The notes beneath the pieces were generated by a model. That model was not told the origin of the DNA. It saw only the letters and a list, made by a program, of their open reading frames with translations, and did not search any database. A DNA stretch of 64,000 bases from a virus. Location: the IMG/VR virus record IMGVR_UViG_3300042484_002006; one strand, written 5' to 3'. The stretch's first letter is position 1, and every line of letters begins with the position of its first letter. A program made the position numbers and the translations under genes. This document shows, piece after piece, positions 55,248-64,000 of the stretch.

Positions 55248-58200
55248 ATGGCTATTAATAATACTTCTAAAGATTACATAAAAGGTATCGTAGAAAATGA
55301 TGATCTTTATTTTTGGCTATATGATTTTTTAAATCCGGATAATAAAACCAGCACTGCTGGAACAAAAGAACAGATAAGAGAATTTTTTCTATACGGAACA
55401 ATTGACGGAGATGATGTAAACGGCTTTAGTATCGCTGCCGGTGGCAATATTATCGCACTACAAGAAAGTGATCCTTATTCTGTCGCCGTCTTTAACTATT
55501 GTATATCTATGGCAGTGGTTGGAGCTGAAGTTTCAAATGTGGCAATTGTTCCAAAAGAATATGAGGCAGTAGCTCAAGCTACGGCAGCAATATTTCAGGG
55601 ATTTGAATTAAGTTCTTTCCCAGCTTGGATCCCACAAAGCACACAAGAACAATCAGCTGCAGAGAAGAACGCAAAGCTGCTCAGGGAACATTTTGATTAT
55701 AACAACATAATGTTTTATGAAGATAGATCATTTTTTACATATCAAAAGTATGCCTTCCAAAGACTAAACACTTGGTATGAATTTTCTGCAGGAGATAATG
55801 ATTTATCTGAGGAAGAATATTTAGAACTAGAAAAATATGAATCTACTTATTCATCAGAGTTAGAAGTAATTAACTCAGGCGAAGATGTAACTAGTGCATT
55901 TAATAATGAAGCTTTTATTTCTTTTATAGCAAAAGCTTATAATAACGTAAATGAAACAGATGAAAAATATATCTTTGATCCCTTACTCAGGGCAGCTTAT
56001 GGAAATAGAGATATTAAAAATAGTAGTAATTTTTTCAATATCTTTCGGGGAACTAATTCACAAGTTGGCAATCTTCAAGCCCACGAAGCATCAACATTAT
56101 TTAATAAAATGGAAGAAATTGGATTATTTAATCTAGCATCCTATGCCTATGAAATTTCTAACTTCGCAAAGAAAAGATTGAGAACTAAAGATACATTGCA
56201 AGCCTCCGCAGATAATGTAGTTGATGCTACTGTCGATCTACCCTGGTTAATTTCATTGGGTGAAGTTATACAAAGGTTAAAGCGCGATCCTCTAACTTTT
56301 GCAGGAATAAATTATTATTTTCCAAGCCTATCAGTCTTTCTAGTTGATGCTCTAGCTGTTGTTGGCGATTACTCTGATAATGGCAAGGGTGGAGGAGAAG
56401 AAGATACTCTTAACAACGCAGATGACTTTGCACTATCTTTAGAAAAAGCTTTTGGAGTTACTTCCGTACTTGTAGCTCCCGGCATTGAAGAGCGTCGATT
56501 TGGAATTGGTTTTGTCGAAAGTGCAAGAGCCATTTTTCAGATGGCTTACAAGTTTACTAATACAGCGCAACGTATTGAAAATGTATTAAAGACATCACCA
56601 TTTAGAGCTAATATAGCTCCAAATACTCCGGATAATTTTCATCTAAGATTAGGTGCAGCAAACTTCTACATCCCCCCTGTATCAATAGATGTAAATTCTA
56701 GTTTTAAAACTGGAAGTCTTACTGGCGCGGCAATTAGACAAAAAAATAGTCCTAAGTTTAATTCTGGATATAAAGAAACCAGTATTAGAATGAGATTATT
56801 CTTTCCAAATTATGAAGAAATTTGGGGACTGTCAGTAGATGCGCTATCAAAGATAGATTTAAATGATACATTCAAAATTGATTTTAAAAATGGCGGAGAT
56901 AGTGAAATAAAGATAGATAAATTCTTATCTTCATTGAGAGGACTAGTTGCCGCGTTTAAGTATTCTCCGATTCTTCCAATTAAGAATCAATATTTAAATT
57001 CTGTTCATGGAATAACAGCAGTAGCTCTTTCTAATATGAGTATCTCAACTATTCCGAACTACCCTTTTGCATTAGCTGTTGATATTGAATTATTAAATTT
57101 TAATCATGAACCATTTCTCCCAATGATTAAAGATTTCAATCAAGCAATACATTGGGGCAAATATCGTCATTATATGGGTAAGGCAGCAGGACATCTTCAT
57201 GACTATGTTAATGAAGAGTTTTTATTAAAGCAGTCTGACGTAAAAGAAACCGATGTAACTCCTATGACTATTACTGGAAAAGCTGTAACTGATTCTGATA
57301 CTGACACAGATCCAGAAACACCCGCAGTTCCACCGAATGTATTTGATAATGATGTATTAAATATCAACGTAATTTCTGAATGGAAGAATGGAAACAATAT
57401 CTCTCTCTTCGCCCCAGCTGAAACTCAAACAAAGATATATTTGCCCGATACAGCTTCATTCAGAACTAAACAAGAAAAAATGTTTACTGATCTAGGACAA
57501 AGTACTTGGCAAGGACTACTTTCTAAGTTTGGCATAGATGTTAATCAATCAGATTCATATGGAGTATCTTTACAAGAAGTTCAGGATATATCGCTTTCAA
57601 GTACTTATTCTAAATCAATAGCAAATACAATAAAAGACTCCATAGATATATTGACAGCTGGCATTACATCAGATGATAAAGCTGAACAAATATATGCATT
57701 CTTTGTCACCTCGTTTATTGCAGAAAATAAAAAGATTAATAAGATTCAAGGAGATTGGTTAAAGAGTAATTTTAATACTTCAGCAATGGATTATCCTGAG
57801 CAAGATACATATGTTTTCCAAGGAAAATTTATAAATAACGTATCCCTTAATGGCATGAAAGATACTTTTACTGATATCTCAAGAAAACCAGCATCTTACC
57901 TAGACTTAATAAAGAGCGGAATAACTCAAGAAAAGATTAACAAACTTGGAATTCCAGATCCTGAGGTAACAGATGAGATGAGAAATTCTATTGAACAAAA
58001 TGTTCAAAATGAATTAGCTCAAGCATTTAGCGTATCTTTATATGAAAGATTCTTTAAGAGTGGACCTATTCAATCTTTAATGGAAGCAGCCAGAGCAAAA
58101 GGCAATTACAATGTAGATGAAGAGGGAAATGTAATTAGAGAAAGCGGTTACTCTTTTAAGGAATGGGAAGTTCCTATGATACGAGTTGATTTGGATCCTC

Positions 58201-61200
58201 AATCCGTAATCGTTAATGGAGTGACAGTGTCCATGGGCAACAGCCTAGCTAAACTACAAATACAAATGCAGGGTGAGCCAACCTATCAACACATTGGGGG
58301 CAGGGACAGCAGTATCAATATATCTATGACTGTAATTGGCGAAAAAGAACTAATTAAATTAAAAAATGTTTTTGATCATATATCCAATTTAGCAAGGTTA
58401 GAACATGCCACCGGAGTAATCGGCTTCCTAGGTATTAAGAACATTATTACGGCGCTGTGTGGAATTAAATATGTTTTACCACTTAGCTATAATGTTAGCA
58501 CAATACCAAATTATCCTCACGCATACAATGTCCAATTAAGTTTAATAGACTTTGACATATTTCAGCAAAAACGAGAAGAGCTTAGTAGCACTCAGCAAAA
58601 AGAATTAATAGAACAATTTAGTACAAAGAAAAATCCATTTTTAAGAATTAAACAATTCTGGGGAACCTTCAACGCCTACCCAGATTTTCCTTTAAGTCTA
58701 AAAAATTCCGAAGGAGATGTTGTAGGGCATTTGGATCCAGATTATTATTTCAGAAGTTTTGAAATGTTTGATAAAGATGTAATTAATAGTTTTAGTACAC
58801 AGCATCCAAAAATTCAAGATTACAACTTCGATACTCATTCCGATGGTTCTGGTGGATGGGGCGGTGAAGGTTCTGATGTGTTAGGCATAACTGCAAAAAT
58901 ATTAGAATTTATTCAATTATATAATAATACAGAAGATAACATAGCTTCTTCAAATATTGTCGAACAGATGAAAGATTATATAATTGCAGAACAAATTGGA
59001 TTGTCTAGATTTATTCATCTATTAAGAAATGTTATTACCGGTGATACAGAATTTAGTAGTTCCGCAAATGTTCAGTTGTTAACTGATTTTATCACATTGA
59101 CCGAAGAAACTAGTGAAACAAATCCATTCTTTGATGCAGTTACTCCAGCTCGTTTTCAGCAGGGTGACTTATCCCCCAATGATGCAGCAAACGCTAGCTC
59201 TATTGAAGCAGCTTTGACCGGAGCCTTCAGTCTATCAAATGAAGAATTTGTAAGTTTTGATCCAGATGAAGTTGATTTTCACAAACAGATTTTTACAGTA
59301 CCCGCATCAGATCCAGATGACATTTTAAATAATAAAATTCCATCTATATTACAAACAGCAGGAGGCACTCATTTTGGATACATTAGTAGAGACAATGGTA
59401 GATTTTACTTAACCGCTAACGGCACTAATATCAAAAAGGTCGTCGACGAAAGTGGTAATAGTAGTTCAGGAATTGTAAAATTTAGATCAAATTTCTTAAG
59501 AGACGTACAGACTCCAGAAAATGGAAATACTACTGTTAACACAGGGGTTCCTGGGGCAAAAGCAGTTTCAGAATATCAGAACGCCTACTCAGGAGATGTA
59601 CAATCACACTGGGAAACTATGATGGTCGACGCCTCTTACAGGGACATATCAGGGCGTATGATACGTGCGTTCCCAACATACATGCTATGGTTGATAGATG
59701 AAGGTGGCATGTTTGCGGGCGTTAAACTATTCGACAATTTCTATGGACTACAATCTATTATTGATTTCTCTGTAGTCAGCTCAGAAGATTTATTAGGTGA
59801 TACTTTAATTTTCAGAGTTTCCAATCTTTATAGTAAATTAACAAAAAATGAATCTAGTAAAATATTTAACCCTAATAATAAAGATGGAAACAATGATCCA
59901 CTTTCTTTGACTGATGGATTAACTTCTATTATTGAAAGAACTTTAAATATGTCAAGAAATATTCTTGGGCATATGAGAAATGAATATGTTGTTGACATAG
60001 CAAATATACGCTTGAAGCCAGGGGTAAGGGTCCATCTAAGAGCTGGTTATGGGTCAAATCCCAATTCACTTCAAACTCTTTTCAACGGAATTATCACTAA
60101 TGTTGAACAAGGTGAAATAGTTACAATTACAGCACAGTCCGATGCAATTGAATTGGGCGCAGTAATTAATTCAACAAATAAAAAAGGCGATAGTGGAAAA
60201 ATCGATGGCGGTGTTGATACTGGCATGTATATGTCAGAGCCTAGAGACTTGATGGTAAGATTACTTTCCATGGGCGCATCCAGAACAAGGGAGGCTATAG
60301 CTCATGCTACAAGAGGAACGGTATTCTCTGAAAATAGATTTGGCATTAGACACTTTGGCAATATTCTATATGAACCATTAACTACGGGGGAACGAGCAAA
60401 GAACGACGCCATTCGAGATAGCATTACTGGAGCATTCAGTATTGCCGGAAGCAATAATAGTTTCATGAATAGGGCAGTTGGAATTACCGAGGGTTTTAGC
60501 ATGAATTATAGAGGTAATTCATTTTCGGCAGTAAGCCAACTATTTGCTAATTTCTGCGCTCAAGTAGATCTTGAAATATTTAAAAGAAATATCTATCCTG
60601 GAAATGGAACCGGAATTGCTCAGTTCCTTGGTGGAGACCTAGATGACGGATGGTCTACAGCAGCATCTTTAACTAAAGAGGATAGTTACAACGAAAGAAT
60701 GGAAGGCTATCTTGGTAGATTAACGGATAGAACTTGGAATGATTTAATCTCTAATTCAGAATTAGAAAATGATGGCCTATTAGACACTGGCGCAAATGGC
60801 ACATTAGATTTCTTAACTCAAGATAATCAATTGGTAAATTCAGATGGAAGAGCTGGATTAGTAAAAGGCTTATTTGCTGGCGGTATAACTGCAGGAGCTT
60901 TTGCACTAGGAGGACCAGCTACTGCATCCATAGCTGGAGCAGGATTGCTTGGAATACTACGTGGCAGAGGTGGCACTAATCTATTCAGAACTATGGGAAT
61001 CATATCTCCTAATTCCGATGATGATTTACCTGGTTTTGATGAAGTCTCATTTAGAGCTCAAACTTACATGAGAACTGTCTGGGATTTATTTCAAATGTGC
61101 GCAAAATTACTGCCTAACTATATCGTAGCGGTTAGACCATTCGAAGATAGATCAACAGTATTCTATGGTAAACCACATTGGCTCTATACATCTGGTGTAG

Positions 61201-64000
61201 TTCCAGTTACCACTGGTTTTCCTGGACAAGAAAAAGCTGAAGAATTAGGAATTATTGCTCCTCAGCCCAAACAACCAGACCAAGATCTGGTATCTATTCT
61301 AGATAAAATTAATAAAGACTCCAATCCTCTTGCAGACTACGCGGCATTCTTTCAAGCATCGGAACCAAGTCAAACAATTCAAGATATTTCTGGATCTATG
61401 ATGAGTTCGGGTGGCATCTATTCACCTACATCACATTTAACTGGAAAAATATTAAATTTTTATTCAGAACCATCTACAACATATTACGATCCATATGACA
61501 CAACTAAAATTTTAGCTAAATTGCCAGTATCTAAAGGTTATGTTAATGTTGGCTTCCACTTACCAGTAGGTGTCTCTGGAGGTGGAACAGAAGATAGTCT
61601 AGCTATTCAGGCAGATAAACATAAGCAATTACCTAATCTTCCACCAAGATATAGCTTCCCATACTTTACCGCGAATGAAGACCTCCCTGACGATCAATTA
61701 ATTAATGCCCCGTTTATTTCTTTGGCACGTGATATTAAAGATCATATGGATGACAGTGATGGAGATCATATAACTCAAGGCAATAAGGACTATTATAATA
61801 ATTTATTAAAACTTCAAAGTTTAGAATATATTTTCTTTGAAGAAACAAAACAGACACTTATTCCCTCTGATGACATTATTAATCTTGATAACCCATTAAA
61901 TTTTGGACAACTTAATGAACAATCGACAAAGCTATATCCAGATGCACGAAAAGTAATGGTTCCATTACCTAGGATTAATCTTTCAACTAATGGGTCAGGT
62001 AGTATCGGTACAGGTTCAATAAAGCAAGAAAATGTTGATGATAACTTTTCTTTTGAATATCAATCAGGTAATTATGGAGAATTAACCTATAAGGAATGGG
62101 GAACTCCTGCTACAGCTGAAGATGAACAGTTCTATATAGCTATGAGATGGCCATATAACCCAGTCTCGCAGAGTGAAACAAATAGAACTGGCGCAGATGA
62201 AGATACTATTAGTCAATTTAAATCTAATTATGATTTTGAAGATTTATATGGAACAGTAAAAGATTACAAATCTAGAAAAGTTTTAGTTTATAATCCGAGC
62301 AATGGAAGAGCAGTAGTTTGTCGTCCAGCATACTTCTTATGGGGTAGTGAAAAAACAATTAGCGGCATTGATAGTGACGGCACTGCTAAGGATTATCAAT
62401 TGTCTGATGCAGTAGTTTCTCCTGACGCAGCTTATTACTTGAGTATAATTACACGAAATTCTGGCGAAAAAGATATGGATATTTCTAGGGCAGGGGAGGG
62501 CGACACTAAGGACATGAATAACTGGAGAAATTCTGGATTCAGACCTTATCCCATCATGCAAGAATGCTATATGGCATTTGTTCCAGATATTGTTCCCGTT
62601 GGAGTCATAGCGGATGCAGTTGCACCAGCATCTAACTTTTCGTTAAAGGATCAAAATGGAGAAAAAATTGAGGAAGATCAATCTCAAATAATTGGTTTTG
62701 GAGCTTTTAAGCCAAAAGAAGGTTCTGTAAATTATGCAGTAAAGAGAATAGCATCAGGCGATAGAAGCGGTTCTGCAGATACAATAGAAAGAAGATCTGT
62801 TGCACTTAACGATTCATTAAATGCGTATAAACCATTAGATACTTATATGGTATCAAATGTTGAAGGTTTACAATATGGCGGCAATGCACTAAATGTTGTA
62901 AAAGAGGGCGATCAAAAAACTTATTTCCAGGCCGTAATAGATGGTGCAGATAATGATTATCTTTCACTAACAAGAGATGAACTTCATAAAATACTAGATG
63001 ATGAATTAACTACAACAGGGACAGATAACTCTACAGGCTCTGGAAGAGCTTCTTTTGCTCCAGTTTATTCTCCATTAGATATAGTTAGCGTTGAAGCAAG
63101 GTCTTACTATGATGAAAACTTTGATGCGTCAGTCTCAGTTATTGCTGGAGATGGCAGAACTCTAAGGCAGGCTGAAGATATTTGGGATCAATTTAGATTT
63201 GGTTATCATAATTATGAAAGTGTTAAACAAATATTTTTTGATACCTTTAGCTTAGATCCTGATAATGAAGATGAATTCCCAGATTTTTATACAAATATAT
63301 TATCTGGATCTGGAATATCTGGCATTGAAGATTCTATTACCCCTTTTAACGATAGTAAGAATGGTTCAGCTGGAGCCTTAGATGAGTTTTCAATCCTATT
63401 AGGTGCAGATTTTATAAATAATTTAGAAGGTACAAATAATTCTTCCAGTGAATCTAGCGCAGAAAGTTCCGCTAATCAAGCATTTAAAGATGCAATTGAA
63501 TTTGCTAGAGCAAACTATATTGATGCCAATATAGATAAAGGTGGAATAGTAGCCTACTTTAACACTATTATTATTAAGTCACTAACTTCAATTCACGATA
63601 ACTTTCTAAGTGTAGATAATACTACTGTTAATAATGTATTGAGCTTTAGTCTTTCTGCAGATAAAGAGAATCCAACACTTACGGCTGAGTTAATGAAAAA
63701 AGTTAGAACACCAAAACAATTATTCTTGTTAATGGTTGGTATTTTTAGACAAAGAATGTGGGAAGACCCTTATGCAAGAGCTTGGCTAGTTCTAAAGCCA
63801 GATAGAAAGAAAACTGGAGATGATCAGTGGAGCTTTAAGTCAGTGGATAAAATATTTAGAGCGTTTATTGACCCATATAATGATTATGCTAAACCAGGTA
63901 AGCAAGATAAATTTAGGCAATTATTAGCTGCAACAAGAGGCGAAGGCAATAGTTCGACCAATATTGTTGCCGAAGCCGCAGACTCAATTAATGATTTCTG
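55248..64000 (+). CDS. Giant baseplate-hub-like protein (>2917 aa, 3'-partial, absent from the ORF track)
   Basis: ATG at 55248 with AGGA RBS; frame open in every segment translated up to the window end; two tube-like domains, hub-like IRLKPGVRVHLRAGYGS...LFNGIITNVEQGEIVTITAQSD, and an RlpA-like segment at about 62.1-62.4 kb. Confidence 0.85.
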   Translation, partial: MAINNTSKDYIKGIVENDDLYFWLYDFLNPDNKTSTAGTKEQIREFFLYGTIDGDDVNGFSIAAGGNIIALQESDPYSVAVFNYCISMAVVGAEVSNVAIVPKEYEAVAQATAAIFQGFELSSFPAWIPQSTQEQSAAEKNAKLLREHFDYNNIMFYEDRSFFTYQKYAFQRLNTWYEFSAGDNDLSEEEYLELEKYESTYSSELEVINSGEDVTSAFNNEAFISFIAKAYNNVNETDEKYIFDPLLRAAYGNRDIKNSSNFFNIFRGTNSQVGNLQAHEASTLFNKMEEIGLFNLASYAYEISNFAKKRLRTKDTLQASADNVVDATVDLPWLISLGEVIQRLKRDPLTFAGINYYFPSLSVFLVDALAVVGDYSDNGKGGGEEDTLNNADDFALSLEKAFGVTSVLVAPGIEERRFGIGFVESARAIFQMAYKFTNTAQRIENVLKTSPFRANIAPNTPDNFHLRLGAANFYIPPVSIDVNSSFKTGSLTGAAIRQKNSPKFNSGYKETSIRMRLFFPNYEEIWGLSVDALSKIDLNDTFKIDFKNGGDSEIKIDKFLSSLRGLVAAFKYSPILPIKNQYLNSVHGITAVALSNMSISTIPNYPFALAVDIELLNFNHEPFLPMIKDFNQAIHWGKYRHYMGKAAGHLHDYVNEEFLLKQSDVKETDVTPMTITGKAVTDSDTDTDPETPAVPPNVFDNDVLNINVISEWKNGNNISLFAPAETQTKIYLPDTASFRTKQEKMFTDLGQSTWQGLLSKFGIDVNQSDSYGVSLQEVQDISLSSTYSKSIANTIKDSIDILTAGITSDDKAEQIYAFFVTSFIAENKKINKIQGDWLKSNFNTSAMDYPEQDTYVFQGKFINNVSLNGMKDTFTDISRKPASYLDLIKSGITQEKINKLGIPDPEVTDEMRNSIEQNVQNELAQAFSVSLYERFFKSGPIQSLMEAARAKGNYNVDEEGNVIRESGYSFKEWEVPMIRVDLDPQSVIVNGVTVSMGNSLAKLQIQMQGEPTYQHIGGRDSSINISMTVIGEKELIKLKNVFDHISNLARLEHATGVIGFLGIKNIITALCGIKYVLPLSYNVSTIPNYPHAYNVQLSLIDFDIFQQKREELSSTQQKELIEQFSTKKNPFLRIKQFWGTFNAYPDFPLSLKNSEGDVVGHLDPDYYFRSFEMFDKDVINSFSTQHPKIQDYNFDTHSDGSGGWGGEGSDVLGITAKILEFIQLYNNTEDNIASSNIVEQMKDYIIAEQIGLSRFIHLLRNVITGDTEFSSSANVQLLTDFITLTEETSETNPFFDAVTPARFQQGDLSPNDAANASSIEAALTGAFSLSNEEFVSFDPDEVDFHKQIFTVPASDPDDILNNKIPSILQTAGGTHFGYISRDNGRFYLTANGTNIKKVVDESGNSSSGIVKFRSNFLRDVQTPENGNTTVNTGVPGAKAVSEYQNAYSGDVQSHWETMMVDASYRDISGRMIRAFPTYMLWLIDEGGMFAGVKLFDNFYGLQSIIDFSVVSSEDLLGDTLIFRVSNLYSKLTKNESSKIFNPNNKDGNNDPLSLTDGLTSIIERTLNMSRNILGHMRNEYVVDIANIRLKPGVRVHLRAGYGSNPNSLQTLFNGIITNVEQGEIVTITAQSDAIELGAVINSTNKKGDSGKIDGGVDTGMYMSEPRDLMVRLLSMGASRTREAIAHATRGTVFSENRFGIRHFGNILYEPLTTGERAKNDAIRDSITGAFSIAGSNNSFMNRAVGITEGFSMNYRGNSFSAVSQLFANFCAQVDLEIFKRNIYPGNGTGIAQFLGGDLDDGWSTAASLTKEDSYNERMEGYLGRLTDRTWNDLISNSELENDGLLDTGANGTLDFLTQDNQLVNSDGRAGLVKGLFAGGITAGAFALGGPATASIAGAGLLGILRGRGGTNLFRTMGIISPNSDDDLPGFDEVSFRAQTYMRTVWDLFQMCAKLLPNYIVAVRPFEDRSTVFYGKPHWLYTSGVVPVTTGFPGQEKAEELGIIAPQPKQPDQDLVSILDKINKDSNPLADYAAFFQASEPSQTIQDISGSMMSSGGIYSPTSHLTGKILNFYSEPSTTYYDPYDTTKILAKLPVSKGYVNVGFHLPVGVSGGGTEDSLAIQADKHKQLPNLPPRYSFPYFTANEDLPDDQLINAPFISLARDIKDHMDDSDGDHITQGNKDYYNNLLKLQSLEYIFFEETKQTLIPSDDIINLDNPLNFGQLNEQSTKLYPDARKVMVPLPRINLSTNGSGSIGTGSIKQENVDDNFSFEYQSGNYGELTYKEWGTPATAEDEQFYIAMRWPYNPVSQSETNRTGADEDTISQFKSNYDFEDLYGTVKDYKSRKVLVYNPSNGRAVVCRPAYFLWGSEKTISGIDSDGTAKDYQLSDAVVSPDAAYYLSIITRNSGEKDMDISRAGEGDTKDMNNWRNSGFRPYPIMQECYMAFVPDIVPVGVIADAVAPASNFSLKDQNGEKIEEDQSQIIGFGAFKPKEGSVNYAVKRIASGDRSGSADTIERRSVALNDSLNAYKPLDTYMVSNVEGLQYGGNALNVVKEGDQKTYFQAVIDGADNDYLSLTRDELHKILDDELTTTGTDNSTGSGRASFAPVYSPLDIVSVEARSYYDENFDASVSVIAGDGRTLRQAEDIWDQFRFGYHNYESVKQIFFDTFSLDPDNEDEFPDFYTNILSGSGISGIEDSITPFNDSKNGSAGALDEFSILLGADFINNLEGTNNSSSESSAESSANQAFKDAIEFARANYIDANIDKGGIVAYFNTIIIKSLTSIHDNFLSVDNTTVNNVLSFSLSADKENPTLTAELMKKVRTPKQLFLLMVGIFRQRMWEDPYARAWLVLKPDRKKTGDDQWSFKSVDKIFRAFIDPYNDYAKPGKQDKFRQLLAATRGEGNSSTNIVAEAADSINDF

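Larger units (their letters stand above)
1..64000 (+). mobile_element. Segment of a large myovirus-type (jumbo-like) bacteriophage genome: recombination arm plus virion morphogenesis region
   Basis: Ordered terminase, portal, protease, capsid, neck, sheath, tube, chaperone, tape-measure and hub genes; dense co-directional ORFs with overlapping stop/start codons; no host housekeeping operons; very large structural ORFs. Confidence 0.95.

Noticed and set aside
4830-62561. Numerous antisense or out-of-frame ORFs in the track (e.g. 4830..5285, 10536..10814, 29231..29647, 32628..33371, 38259..38645)
   Set aside because: Shadows of long sense genes with biased codon use; no RBS or motifs
1-64000. 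Stop-codon reassignment, tRNA/rRNA genes, introns or inteins
   Set aside because: TAG, TGA and TAA all end genes at sensible boundaries; no cloverleaf or rRNA-like segment was seen; TerL and RecA have no insertions

Overview
This window is a segment of a large, AT-rich, contractile-tailed (myovirus-type) phage genome read in the standard code. Bases 1-3.0 kb form a short, mostly minus-strand arm with small Zn-ribbon genes and recA. From about 3.1 kb everything runs on the + strand as one morphogenesis region: a single-AAA Clp-like ATPase, a cluster of Gly/Ala/Arg-rich putative internal virion proteins (one of 1167 aa with an embedded DEDDh exonuclease), terminase large subunit, a 9-kb block of fibre/adhesin-like genes, portal, a GT2 glycosyltransferase, protease-scaffold, decoration protein, major capsid protein, neck genes, two sheath-like and three tube-like genes, two chaperone paralogues, a 2213-aa tape-measure-like protein, a 1631-aa protein and a >2900-aa baseplate-hub-like ORF that runs off the right end and is absent from the ORF track. 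The strongest signal is the 1631-aa protein, translationally coupled to the tape-measure-like gene. By manual motif reading it carries an almost complete, ordered motif set of single-chain two-barrel RNA polymerases (YonO / crAss vRNAP / QDE-1 class), but with a non-canonical GGFDLDD catalytic loop that lies before the RxP motif. It shares a C-terminal [GA]-[LMV]-G-[AV]-x3-G-x-hydrophobic segment with the exonuclease protein and three small basic proteins, suggesting a co-packaged, co-ejected payload. All functional calls come from reading motifs by eye; no database or structure search was run.
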